DNA from: Candidatus Woesearchaeota archaeon
Lineage (GTDB): Archaea; Nanobdellota; Nanobdellia; SCGC-AAA011-G17; UBA489
Assembly (NCBI GenBank): GCA_964367375.1
Contig: CAYIXG010000007.1
Location: 21,530 to 85,529, forward strand
DNA length: 64,000 nucleotides
Reading direction: 5' to 3'
Shown in pieces: positions 52,802 through 62,009 of this stretch (its first letter is position 1; every line of letters begins with the position of its first letter). The translations under genes were made by a program, and so were the position numbers. The notes under the pieces are model-generated. The model had not been told where the DNA came from. It was given only the letters and a program-made list of their open reading frames with translations, and ran no database searches.

Positions 52802-53493
52802 ACAGCCACAACTTCTTTAGGATCGACAGCAATTCCTTTTTCAGTGATGGTAAGTTTGACTGTTTTTTCTGGTGTGCGGGTGCCACGCATTTTTAAGACT
52901 TCAATGGCGCGGACGCGGATGCCTTTGCGTTTGAAGTGGTATAGAATGATGATGGAGTCAACTTCAAATTGGAGCTGGGCGCGCATGTCATCTGGTGACA
53001 GTTCAATGGCTTGGCTCGTCAGAACTGCGGTGCATTCCCACCGATTAATGAGTTCAAAGAGTGCAAGTGATGATTCTTTTTGGGTGAGCTCATCTTCAAA
53101 GAGGAGTGCGAAGCTGGTGATTGAGTCAATGACAAGTCGTTTGACGCGCATTTGGGAGATGATGGCATCAATGGTTCCTCCTCCCTCGACAAGGACTTTT
53201 TTGATTTGTTCGGGGGTGTATGAAAGGAATCTGAACAATCCGAGGCGTTCATATTTCTCCAAGTCCCATCCAAATTCGAGCATGTCATCATACAGTTTTT
53301 CTTTGCGTTCTTCGAAGGTGATGTAGACGCCTGATTCTCCCTTTTTGATGCCTTCGATGAGAAATTGAATAGCGAAGGTTGTTTTGCCAGATCCTGCGCT
53401 GCCGCAGATGAGGTTGATGCTTCCGTCTTTGAAGCCTCCTTCAATCATGTCATTAAATCCTGCAACGCCTGTAGAGAGTCTCTTAAGAACCAT
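52798..53493 (-). CDS. Single-domain KaiC/RecA-superfamily ATPase (ArlH/FlaH-sized)
   Basis: GGFKDGSINLICGSAGSGKTTFAIQFLIEG Walker A, Walker B-like LVIDSITS, and C-terminal AIEVLKMRGT. 231 aa. Confidence 0.7.
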   Translation of the reverse strand: MVLKRLSTGVAGFNDMIEGGFKDGSINLICGSAGSGKTTFAIQFLIEGIKKGESGVYITFEERKEKLYDDMLEFGWDLEKYERLGLFRFLSYTPEQIKKVLVEGGGTIDAIISQMRVKRLVIDSITSFALLFEDELTQKESSLALFELINRWECTAVLTSQAIELSPDDMRAQLQFEVDSIIILYHFKRKGIRVRAIEVLKMRGTRTPEKTVKLTITEKGIAVDPKEVVAV

Positions 53494-53590
53494 GGGAATC
53501 CTCTTTTGAGTAAGAAATGAAAGTGGATGTGGATATAAAAAGGTTTCTGAGAATGTTTATAAACAATATTGTGTGAATAGCGAAGAGAAT

Positions 53591-54250
53591 ATGATGCAAA
53601 CACTTTTTCTAACGTCAGGCGGAATTGTTCCTGAAATAAAAGAATATTTTCTATCTCTTCTGGAAAAAAATGCAGAAAGAAAAAGAGTAGCATTTGTAAC
53701 AACGGCAGCATACGGAGAGAGCAAGGATCCAAAATGGATGGAGAAAGACAGAAAATTGCTGTATGATTGTGGAATAAAATATATTGAAGATGTTGACCTA
53801 AAAGATAAGAAGGGTGAGGAAGTTGAAGAGATCTTGGCGAATAAGGATATTGTGTTTGTGAATGGGGGAAACACGTTCTATTTGTTATACTGGATGCGGA
53901 AGAGTGGTTTTGATAAGGTAATAAATGATTTTTTGAAGAGGGGTGGTTTGTATGTAGGGGTAAGTGCAGGAAGTTATGTGGCGTGTCCAACGATTGAACA
54001 AGCGATGTGGAAGCGTCAAGATAGGAATAAGATTGGTATAACAGATGTGCATGCATTGAACTTAGTGCCTTTCTTGATTGTGGCGCATTTTGAAGAGAAG
54101 TATAGATCTATAATAAATCAGTCTGCAAAGGAGACAAAGTATCCTATAGTGGCTTTGAATGATAAGCAGGCAGTAGTGGTGCAGGGGAATAAAGTAAGAG
54201 TTGTTGGTGTTGGAAAAAGGGAAGTATGGAACGGGTTTGAAGAGCAATAA
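53591..54250 (+). CDS. Peptidase S51 (dipeptidase E-like)
   Basis: LTSGG, VAFVTTAA, IFVNGGNTFYLL and nucleophile region YVGVSAGSYV fit the S51 pattern. Confidence 0.65.
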   Translation: MMQTLFLTSGGIVPEIKEYFLSLLEKNAERKRVAFVTTAAYGESKDPKWMEKDRKLLYDCGIKYIEDVDLKDKKGEEVEEILANKDIVFVNGGNTFYLLYWMRKSGFDKVINDFLKRGGLYVGVSAGSYVACPTIEQAMWKRQDRNKIGITDVHALNLVPFLIVAHFEEKYRSIINQSAKETKYPIVALNDKQAVVVQGNKVRVVGVGKREVWNGFEEQ

Positions 54251-54258
54251 AGAAGGTG

Positions 54259-55233
54259 CTATATCTGGAACAGCCCGCTGAGTAATCCTGCAATAAGGAA
54301 TTTGATGGTGAAGAAGAGGGTGATGGTGAGAATGATGAGGATAGGTAAGAATTTGAGTCCTTCTTTTTCGTTTCCTTTGGAAATAAGGCCAAGAATGAGT
54401 GATCCCATGATGGAAGTGATAATCATGGAGACAATGGTGTATGTGTTGACAAAGGTTGTGCTGACTGCAACTTGGCTGAAGCTGATGGGAATTTGGGTGC
54501 CAACTCCTTCTGTGGGTATTTCAACCTTGGAGAAAACATCTGTAATCACTTCGATCAGGAAAGAGCTTAAGCTGAAGAGCATGGGCGCTCCAAATCCGAT
54601 TGCAGAGAAGATAAAGATAACGTAAACCAATACGCTCGACCGAATGCGTTCGTCAACGAGTCGTTGTTGTCGTAAATTGGATGCGATGTGTTGGAGAAGA
54701 TCTGATATTTCTCCTCCTGCAGAAACTCCGGAGTTGATGAGTTGCACCGTTTTCGCCAGTTTTTCTGATCGGACGCGGCTGCCGAGTTCGAGGAGTGCAG
54801 CGTCAAGTTCTTTGCCGGTTGCAATTTCTTTCGCGACGTGGTTTATTTCGTCTTTGAATTGGCCAAACTCTGGTCGTGCAGCGAGGATGAATGCTCTATC
54901 AATGGTGTGTCCTGCGCGGAGGTTGGATGACATCAGTTGAAGTACATCCGGAAGAATAGATTCAACAAACCTTGCTTTTGCGTCTGCGCTGAGGACGAGA
55001 TACGCGTACACGCTTGATTGAATAAGTAGGAAAATGCCAATAACAAGAATGATGAAGCTGAAATCAATAAAGATGATGATAAAGAGAGATATGAGAAATG
55101 CAAGGATAAGAGAAACGATTAAAATGCTGAAGAGGTAGCGGTGCACGTCCATGTTGATTTTATTGTAGAAGAGGAGCTGTTCGAAGCTCTTGACCAGTTT
55201 TCTCGGATAGATGCGGGTGATGAATTCAATCAT
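54259..55233 (-). CDS. Pilus platform protein, single T2SSF domain (TadC/FlaJ C-half-like)
   Basis: N-terminal TMs, a cytoplasmic helical T2SSF domain (LPDVLQLMSSNLRAGHTIDRAF...INSGVSAGGEISDLL), then C-terminal TMs. Overlaps the upstream gene by 4 nt. Confidence 0.7.
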   Translation of the reverse strand: MIEFITRIYPRKLVKSFEQLLFYNKINMDVHRYLFSILIVSLILAFLISLFIIIFIDFSFIILVIGIFLLIQSSVYAYLVLSADAKARFVESILPDVLQLMSSNLRAGHTIDRAFILAARPEFGQFKDEINHVAKEIATGKELDAALLELGSRVRSEKLAKTVQLINSGVSAGGEISDLLQHIASNLRQQRLVDERIRSSVLVYVIFIFSAIGFGAPMLFSLSSFLIEVITDVFSKVEIPTEGVGTQIPISFSQVAVSTTFVNTYTIVSMIITSIMGSLILGLISKGNEKEGLKFLPILIILTITLFFTIKFLIAGLLSGLFQI

Positions 55234-56105
55234 AGGAGTGATGGCCTCCGTGTCTTGATCATGCCGAGGAACATGATTTGGAAGAGGAATGTGAGGATAA
55301 TGAGCCCATAGAAGATGGATTTGGTGACGTTTTCTTCGATGGAAATGAAAGAAGAAAGGATAATGATGAAAGTAACGCCTAATGAAGGTGCAATGATAGC
55401 AATCAGCATGTAAAAGAGTGCAAGAGGGCTTAATTGTCCCCCATATTTTTGGATTTGGGTAAGTTGTTCATCAGTGACTGCTTGCATGACATCTTTGATG
55501 AGTGTTGCGATGTCTGCTCCTTCTTTCATACCATTCACGATTTGCCAGATGGCTCTGCGAAAGAGGACAGAAGGGTTGTTCAAGGCAATGTCTTCAAGTG
55601 CATCAATTTGGCTTCTTCCTGCGTTGATTTCGCGGACGGCTTGTCGAAATTCGTCAGAGACAGCGCCATAGTCTCCTTCAGCGACGTTTGCGAGGATGTT
55701 GAAGAGGGGAATGCCAGAATTGAGTTGGATGAGGATGTCTTCAAGCGCAGGGAGGAGGTTGCGTTCGACTTGTCTGACGCGCCTGTTTGCAATGAGTTTT
55801 GGATACGCGAGTTGCTGGGCAAAGACAAAAAAGGTGAAGATGAATGTTAAGACAAGAACAAAAAAGAAGGGGATTTTGAAAAAGAGGAGGATGAGTGAGA
55901 GGAAGAAGAAAATGGTTGCGAAGAGAAACGTTGCAGTAATGCACATGGAGAGGTATTCCAAGCTGCCGATGCGTGCTTCTGCTTGGGTAAGATAAACAGA
56001 AAGGTTTGGGTATTTGCGTTCGAGGCGTTGGGCAAGACCGAGGAAGTGGGAGGATACCTTATACAATGTGGTGAGAGGGAGGAAAGAGAATGGAATTTTA
56101 ATCAT
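55230..56105 (-). CDS. Pilus platform protein, single T2SSF domain (TadB/FlaJ N-half-like)
   Basis: LPALEDILIQLNSGIPLFNILANVAEGDYGAVSDEF...IVNGMKEGADIATLI, flanked by TM helices. Overlaps the ATPase gene by 4 nt. Confidence 0.7.
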   Translation of the reverse strand: MIKIPFSFLPLTTLYKVSSHFLGLAQRLERKYPNLSVYLTQAEARIGSLEYLSMCITATFLFATIFFFLSLILLFFKIPFFFVLVLTFIFTFFVFAQQLAYPKLIANRRVRQVERNLLPALEDILIQLNSGIPLFNILANVAEGDYGAVSDEFRQAVREINAGRSQIDALEDIALNNPSVLFRRAIWQIVNGMKEGADIATLIKDVMQAVTDEQLTQIQKYGGQLSPLALFYMLIAIIAPSLGVTFIIILSSFISIEENVTKSIFYGLIILTFLFQIMFLGMIKTRRPSLL

Positions 56106-57604
56106 GGTGCTTCTTCGGTTGCGGGTTTACCTTGGCTCGTGAGCTCAATAATGGGTTCTGGATCAATATAATATTGACGGAAAATTTCCCCAACTTTGTC
56201 AACGTGACGGATGTTATTTTTGGTCATCCAGTCGAGGATTGCCGTTTTTTCAGCAAGGTCTTTTTCAATCGCAGTGAGTGTCATGCCAGTATGTCTGCTC
56301 AGTTCTTCGTATAAGCGAAGGGAGCTGGAGTGTTCGACAATTTCGTCAGTTGCCGGTTTCCATCGGTAGAGGATGTTTGGTCTGACGCCGGAAGTTCCTT
56401 CGTGTGCTGCGGGGAGAAATTCTCCGACTTGGAAGACGCGCCTGATTCCTCTGCGTCTGTCTCTAAACATCACAACATTCAAGTTCACTCCAAGGAGAAG
56501 ATTTTGGGGGACTTCAATGGGAGGATTCACAAGGCGCTGGATGGTTTCTGCAATGCTATCCGCGTGCACAGTTGCATATACACTATGTCCAGTGTGCATG
56601 GCTTCGAAGAGAACTTCTGCTTGGTCTTTCTTTCTCATTTCTCCGAGAACAATCCTATCTGGACGCATACGGAGGCTGTTGATGAGGAGGTCAAGCATGG
56701 TGACTTCTCCCTTTCCTTCAGGGTTTGGCTGGCGAATGGTGAGGGGGCACCAGTAAAGGAATTTGGGAAGTTGTAATTCTCTGGTGTCTTCAATGGAAAC
56801 AATTCTATGGTTAGGGGGTATAAAGGGCATAATCACATTCAGGAAGCTGGTTTTTCCGGATGCAGTTCCTCCGCTGATGAGGACGTTCATTTCATATTGT
56901 ACTGCAATCCAAATAAGTGCGAACACGCGAGAGCTGCATGTTTTGTTTCGGATGAGGTCTGTAATAGTCCACGGGTCTCGGGCAAACTTTCTGACAGTGA
57001 TGGTGTGTCCTTTGGTGGATATCGGGAACAAGACAGCGTTCGCTCTGTCTCCGGTGATGAGGTGTGCGTCAAGCAAAGGGTTGAGTGTAGTGACTTGTCG
57101 TCCGACGCGGCGTGCGATGATGTTAGCATAGTTGAGAATTTGTTCTTCGTTTGTAAGCTGGATATTCGTTTCAAGCCATCCATGTTTTTTATGATAGACA
57201 CGAATGGGTTCTCCGGAAGAGGTGATGACAATTTCTTCAAGGTTTTCATCGCTCATGAGGTACTCAATATCTCCAAGGCCGAGCATTTCCTGCATAAGCA
57301 CATTCACAAGGAGTGTAATAGTTTCTGACGTGATGGACGGCATTTTTGCTTTGATGAGGAGTGTTGCGCGCTCGCTGAACTTCTTTTTGAGTTTGACAAT
57401 TTCTTTGGGGTCAATGATTTCTGTTGTGCTGACTGAAACTTCTCGGATGAGTCCCTGTTTAATGTGTTGAAGGAATGCTTTTGTTGCGAGTGCAACTTTG
57501 GGGAGGGTAAGGTTGTAGGTCTTAGTAATGCCCTTACCACCAAGAATCTTGACAGCGACAGCTGTCTCGTCTACAATGACTTGGTACTCTTCGATGGTTT
57601 CCAT
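56102..57604 (-). CDS. FlaI/PilB/VirB11-family secretion ATPase
   Basis: Walker A ISGGTASGKTS, Asp box VSIEDTRELQL, Walker B DRIVLGEMR, His box MHTGHSVYATVHA. Confidence 0.85.
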   Translation of the reverse strand: METIEEYQVIVDETAVAVKILGGKGITKTYNLTLPKVALATKAFLQHIKQGLIREVSVSTTEIIDPKEIVKLKKKFSERATLLIKAKMPSITSETITLLVNVLMQEMLGLGDIEYLMSDENLEEIVITSSGEPIRVYHKKHGWLETNIQLTNEEQILNYANIIARRVGRQVTTLNPLLDAHLITGDRANAVLFPISTKGHTITVRKFARDPWTITDLIRNKTCSSRVFALIWIAVQYEMNVLISGGTASGKTSFLNVIMPFIPPNHRIVSIEDTRELQLPKFLYWCPLTIRQPNPEGKGEVTMLDLLINSLRMRPDRIVLGEMRKKDQAEVLFEAMHTGHSVYATVHADSIAETIQRLVNPPIEVPQNLLLGVNLNVVMFRDRRRGIRRVFQVGEFLPAAHEGTSGVRPNILYRWKPATDEIVEHSSSLRLYEELSRHTGMTLTAIEKDLAEKTAILDWMTKNNIRHVDKVGEIFRQYYIDPEPIIELTSQGKPATEEAP

Positions 57605-58596
57605 ATCACCTCAGGGTCTCCAACGGCTGGGTAGTGAATGTCCACAAGGTCTTGTTCTTTCAAGATTTTGCTCCATTCTTCAGCCTCTTTTTTGCTTATG
57701 CCAAATCCTTCTGCGATTTCAGTGATGGTAAGTCTTCCTTTTTCAATAAGGATGGCGTAAAGCCTGTCGAGTTCTGTCTCGTATTGGCTTGTTGCCCCTT
57801 TCACCGCTTCTTTGATGTCAGCAACGTGTTGAGTTTCCTCAATTTTGTAGGTTATCTTCTTCTTTTTTAATGTTTGCTTTAGCTTGATAATGAAGAGGAC
57901 GATGACAACAAAGAAGATGAGCGATGCGCCAATGTAGAAGGAGAGTGACGCGTATTTGAGTGAGGAGATCCAGTACGGCACGAGGAAGATGTCTTGAGTG
58001 ATGAGAATAGTACTCAGTACAATGGAGAGGAGAAAAATGGTGCCAAGGATGATGAGTTTGCCGCGCACGCGTTTGTTGATGATGATGTCAAGTGTTTCAG
58101 TAAAAAGGTCTTCTGGCCAGTTTGCTTTGAGTGCAGCTTCTTTTATTTTTTCTTTGGGGTAATGGCCTGCGAGTGACTTGAGGATGTATGCATGGAGGAG
58201 TTCAACTTTTCTGTCGATGCCTGATGTTTTGAATACTGCAATGTCTGTGCGCTTTTGTTTTGGTGATGGAGATGACATTGTTTTTTGTGTTTTTTGGGGG
58301 AAGAGTTTTTGGAAGAAAGACATACGAGAAAAAGAAGTGGAAGGGGTGCGTTGGTGAAAGGGTAATGAGGGTATAAAATTTGCAGGGGAAGATGATGCAA
58401 TGGGTGGGGCAGAGAGGGGTTGAAGGGTGTGTTTCTTGATGAGTTTGAGTTCGATGAATGCAAAGATGGTGATAGCAGCTCCTGTGGAGGCGGTGATGAG
58501 AAATGGCAGAGGTTCAAGAGCGAGGGATGTAAGGAGGATAAGTATTCCGATAAGTAATATAATGCGGTACAAAGTCACCCAATTCATAAGTTTCAT
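57571..58596 (-). CDS. Four-TM membrane protein with a C-terminal winged-helix-like domain
   Basis: Two N-terminal and two central TM helices. The C-terminus is ELDRLYAILIEKGRLTITEIAEGFGISKKEAEEWSKILKEQDLVDIHY. The 3' end overlaps the ATPase gene by 34 nt. Confidence 0.55.
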   Translation of the reverse strand: MKLMNWVTLYRIILLIGILILLTSLALEPLPFLITASTGAAITIFAFIELKLIKKHTLQPLSAPPIASSSPANFIPSLPFHQRTPSTSFSRMSFFQKLFPQKTQKTMSSPSPKQKRTDIAVFKTSGIDRKVELLHAYILKSLAGHYPKEKIKEAALKANWPEDLFTETLDIIINKRVRGKLIILGTIFLLSIVLSTILITQDIFLVPYWISSLKYASLSFYIGASLIFFVVIVLFIIKLKQTLKKKKITYKIEETQHVADIKEAVKGATSQYETELDRLYAILIEKGRLTITEIAEGFGISKKEAEEWSKILKEQDLVDIHYPAVGDPEVIWKPSKSTKSL

Positions 58597-58653
58597 GCGT
58601 GTATTATGGTTTATTAATTGTTGTTTTACTTTGATGATGGTTACATATCATGG

Positions 58654-59655
58654 TCAAAAAATGCGGGGATTACTTGTTTTGCTGATAGGGGTGTCAGGAA
58701 TGCTGAAATTGAAGTTATCATAGCTGTATAATTGAGGAGGAATGGTGAGACCGGGAGAAGATGCTTCAATCTCAAGAAGAACATCGTTGTCAAAGGGTGC
58801 AATGAGGATGCCTGTTTGCATGTCAAAAGGCCCTCCGAAGAAGTTTCCGATTTCGATGATGGGTCGCGCAGCGATGGTGTAGTTGAAGAAGATGCGGTGG
58901 GCAGCTTCTCCAGTTATTGTTTGGGTGAAAACGCTGTCAGTGATAGTGCTGTTAAAGTTAGGGAAAGAGGATTCGACAGTGAGTGTAATCTGTGGCCCGT
59001 CAGTTCCTTGGTTTAAGTCCCAGCTCACAAGTCCTTCTCCATCAGGGTTTGGAGAGAGGGGTGCAGGATGAAACGCGTGGGTAAGGCGAATGCGCAGGTC
59101 AAGGCTTTGGTTGATGACGAGAAGAACAGCGTTGCTTTCTTGACTAAGGCTGACAGGATATGCAGGAAGCGTGGAGAGGTCAACGTCTGCAGCGCTGTCA
59201 ATAGCAAGATATCCATAGGAAAAGTTGAACGGTTTTCCAAAGAGGAATGTGTGATTAAGGAGAGGGTAGAGTGTGCTGCTGGAGAAGTTGAAGAGTGTAT
59301 TGCGGGTGGCAAGGTATTGGCTTGAGATGATGCTGAATGTTTGGAAGTGGGTGAAGCGTTGGTCAATTTCAGTGGTGAGGGTTCGCGCAAGCGGTTGGAT
59401 GATATAAAGGGATGATGTGTTGCTGCTGATGTTCATTGCAAAGATGGTGAGGAATCCTTCGCGATATGCGCGTTGAATGGATGTGTCAAGAGTTGCGATG
59501 CGATCAAAGGAAGCAAATTCAGCGAGGCGTTGTTCAGATGTTTCTGCATGTTTGAGGAGGATAGAAACAAAGACGAGTAAGAGAAGGCTCACGAAGGTTA
59601 TTCCTAAGGTGAGAAATGCGCCATGTTTACGAAGAGGGAAAAAGAGAAGGCGCAT
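58654..59655 (-). CDS. Pilin-like / pilus-associated protein with an N-terminal class-III-like signal
   Basis: MRLLFFPLRKHG|AFLTLGITFVSLLLLVFVSILL, followed by a ~300-aa beta-rich NxS/T-rich domain. TAATG overlap with the upstream gene. Confidence 0.5.
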   Translation of the reverse strand: MRLLFFPLRKHGAFLTLGITFVSLLLLVFVSILLKHAETSEQRLAEFASFDRIATLDTSIQRAYREGFLTIFAMNISSNTSSLYIIQPLARTLTTEIDQRFTHFQTFSIISSQYLATRNTLFNFSSSTLYPLLNHTFLFGKPFNFSYGYLAIDSAADVDLSTLPAYPVSLSQESNAVLLVINQSLDLRIRLTHAFHPAPLSPNPDGEGLVSWDLNQGTDGPQITLTVESSFPNFNSTITDSVFTQTITGEAAHRIFFNYTIAARPIIEIGNFFGGPFDMQTGILIAPFDNDVLLEIEASSPGLTIPPQLYSYDNFNFSIPDTPISKTSNPRIF

Positions 59656-60419
59656 TAGAGTTCACCTTCAATCCATATTTTGAATCTGACGCGGTGGATG
59701 CCTTCGATTGGGCTTTCTCCGCTGGAAAGGTTCGCTGTTTTTGTGACGGTGAAGTATTGTTCGCCGGTGCCAACAAAATTGCTTTGGGGAATGACAAGAG
59801 TTTCATTGGTTGATCCTGCGTATGCGGCAGTGCCGAGGATTTTGAACCAGCCAACATCTATGTCATTCGTTTGAAAGTTAACTGAAGAGGGCCCTACAGG
59901 AAACGTGAATTGGCCGAGGGTGTAGATGCCACTTTGGAGTGGGGTGATGGTGAGTGGAGGTCCTGTGGTGTTGATAGTGAGTGTGGGTGAGCTTCCGATA
60001 ACGCTCAGGTTTACTTGGATGAGTGCATTTTGAGGTTTTTCAAGGGGGAGGGTTGTAAGTGCAAAATCTCCTGTGCAGGGTGGGAGTGCGCAGACGGTTT
60101 CTTTCATGTCAGCCATTTCGAGCCACATGCGATAGTTGCGAGGAAGGTAAAGGCTGAGGTTGATGTCGGTAACAGGGATTTCTGCAAATGGTCCTGCAGG
60201 TTGAAGTGCGTTGTTCAGGAAGGCAGTGTCAAGTTCTCCGGTCGCGTCCATGATGGTGATAATGTCTCCTGCTGTTTTGACAAGTTGGAGGTGGGGGAGG
60301 GAGTCTTGTTGGCTGGTGCTGAAATAGTAGGACGTGTTTAGGAGAACAATGACAATGACAGATACTGCAATTGCTGCGTCAAGCGCGAAGATGAGGCCGC
60401 GGTGGGAAGAGGGTATCAT
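59655..60419 (-). CDS. Pilin-like protein (class III signal peptide)
   Basis: The internal ATG at 60419 gives MIPSSHRG|LIFALDAAIAVSVIVIVLL. The longer 296-aa reading would overlap the upstream gene and is Pro/Ser/Thr-biased. Confidence 0.55.
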   Translation of the reverse strand: MIPSSHRGLIFALDAAIAVSVIVIVLLNTSYYFSTSQQDSLPHLQLVKTAGDIITIMDATGELDTAFLNNALQPAGPFAEIPVTDINLSLYLPRNYRMWLEMADMKETVCALPPCTGDFALTTLPLEKPQNALIQVNLSVIGSSPTLTINTTGPPLTITPLQSGIYTLGQFTFPVGPSSVNFQTNDIDVGWFKILGTAAYAGSTNETLVIPQSNFVGTGEQYFTVTKTANLSSGESPIEGIHRVRFKIWIEGEL

Positions 60420-60420
60420 A

Positions 60421-60909
60421 TTATTTCCAGATGGTGAAGCTAACGACGCCAACGTTTTCTTGGTAAATAATTGGCCTTGAAAGGACGACGGAAAAGTCTG
60501 CGGTGTTGTTGGTGGGGGTGCCGTGGCTGTAGAGGATGGCTCCATTTTGATCTTTTAGTTCGAAAAAGAAGGTGTAGAGGTTGATTTTGAAGATTTCTTT
60601 GATTTGTGCAGGGGTGAGAGTGTTGATAAATGCGGTGAGTTTCGCGTTAGAGATGACATTAGGTTCCGATGCGAGGCCAATAACAGAGGGAAGTTCTGGT
60701 TGTGCTTCCCAGTCTTCAGGAACGCCAGGTGTGCGAACAAGCGCATCGATGATGTGGAACGCTTTAAATTTCATGGTGTCGTAATCAAGTTCTGAGGCGA
60801 GTTGGATTTGGTATTTGTTCCAATCGACAGTGATGATAGTGATGAGCAGGACAAAAACGGCGATGGCTATAAAAAGGTCAGTAACTGCGGCTTGACCTCG
60901 AGGTTTCAT
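60421..60909 (-). CDS. Archaeal prepilin-like protein (class III signal peptide)
   Basis: MKPRG|QAAVTDLFIAIAVFVLLITIITV. Confidence 0.65.
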   Translation of the reverse strand: MKPRGQAAVTDLFIAIAVFVLLITIITVDWNKYQIQLASELDYDTMKFKAFHIIDALVRTPGVPEDWEAQPELPSVIGLASEPNVISNAKLTAFINTLTPAQIKEIFKINLYTFFFELKDQNGAILYSHGTPTNNTADFSVVLSRPIIYQENVGVVSFTIWK

Positions 60910-60914
60910 AGGGG

Positions 60915-61580
60915 TTATCCAAGAGCTTTAATCTTGAAGAGTTGGTCAGCTGCAACAGCATCTTGGGATACGCTTACTGTATATCCTCCTGGTCCTGTTT
61001 CCGAGGGAAGTTTAAACTGGAGTTCTTGGTCGGTGATATATTGTGTCTCCGCGAGGAAGGCGGTGTCTGCAACCCCTTCAGTTGAGGAGAGGAAAACTTG
61101 TGCCGAGGGGGTGAAGTATTCTCCAGTAATGGTGAACACTGTTTCACCAAGAATTCCTTCTTCAGGTTTGATGCCATACATTTCCGGTTTGGGAATTGCT
61201 TTGACAACTCCATTATCATTGCGGATGGTGAGCCTATCTGTTGCAGTGAGAATGGTGGGTTGGACAAGACCAGTAACCTCAAGGGAGATGACATTATTGT
61301 TGGATAATGTTGCGGTGACAGTATTTTCTTCGATGATAATGTTGGTGAGCTGATTAGTGGAGAGAGTGGCAATGTTTCCTGGGCCGAGGGTGTTAAGCTC
61401 TTCAAGGGTGTTGACAAACTCAACTGCTTGTCCAACTCCTGATTGAACTCCGACATTGATGCCGAGGTTTGTAACAGAATAGTTAAAGAAGGGGACAACA
61501 AGGGTGAGTGTCATGCCAACAATGACTAAATATTCGTAGCTAATCTGTCCCTTGCGCGAAAGTTTTTTGTTGCGGATCAT
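60915..61580 (-). CDS. Archaeal prepilin-like protein with a C-terminal IPT/TIG-like domain
   Basis: MIRNKKLSRKG|QISYEYLVIVGMTLTLVV (DUF361-type). The C-terminus PEMYGIKPEEGILGETVFTITGEYFTPSAQVFL...GPGGYTVSV is IPT/TIG-like. Confidence 0.65.
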   Translation of the reverse strand: MIRNKKLSRKGQISYEYLVIVGMTLTLVVPFFNYSVTNLGINVGVQSGVGQAVEFVNTLEELNTLGPGNIATLSTNQLTNIIIEENTVTATLSNNNVISLEVTGLVQPTILTATDRLTIRNDNGVVKAIPKPEMYGIKPEEGILGETVFTITGEYFTPSAQVFLSSTEGVADTAFLAETQYITDQELQFKLPSETGPGGYTVSVSQDAVAADQLFKIKALG

Positions 61581-61598
61581 ATACTTTTCACCTCTTTT

Positions 61599-62009
61599 TT
61601 ATTGTTTGGTAATCAGGATGATTCCTTCCTTGTTTTCAAGGAGGTATGTGGAAAGGGGTTGAAGTGTGGGCGGGGTGGGAAGGGTGACATTTGCGATGTA
61701 GGTGCACGTTGCGTCAATGGTTGTTATTTCTTCTTCTGCTTCAGTCACCTGGATGACTTTGTCAGTGACAAAGGACACGTTGTGGTAAATGTAGAGTGTT
61801 GCACTTGTTCCTTGTCCTCCATTGTTTACTCCAGTGATGAAGTTTGCAATGCGAAGACATTCGTTGCGCTTATTTAAATAGTCTTCGAGTTTGGTCACTT
61901 CTCCTCTGCGGGTGAAGCTGATGCCGAGGAGGATCATAAAGACAATCACCATGACTCCTACGGAGTACATCACTTCAATGCTGATTTGGCCATGGTTGTA
62001 AGGTTTCAT
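61599..62009 (-). CDS. Archaeal prepilin-like protein (class III signal peptide)
   Basis: MKPYNHG|QISIEVMYSVGVMVIVFMILLG, with Glu at +5. Confidence 0.65.
   Translation of the reverse strand: MKPYNHGQISIEVMYSVGVMVIVFMILLGISFTRRGEVTKLEDYLNKRNECLRIANFITGVNNGGQGTSATLYIYHNVSFVTDKVIQVTEAEEEITTIDATCTYIANVTLPTPPTLQPLSTYLLENKEGIILITKQ

Noticed and set aside
55434-57470. Plus-strand ORFs (up to 173 aa) inside the pilus ATPase and platform genes.
   Set aside because: They are antisense shadows. The sense ORFs carry Walker, Asp-box, His-box and T2SSF signatures.
60420-60545. A 42-aa Pro/Thr/Ser-rich N-terminal extension of the pilin-like ORF 59655-60545.
   Set aside because: It would overlap the upstream pilin gene by 125 nt. 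The internal ATG at 60419 yields a canonical class III signal directly after the upstream stop.
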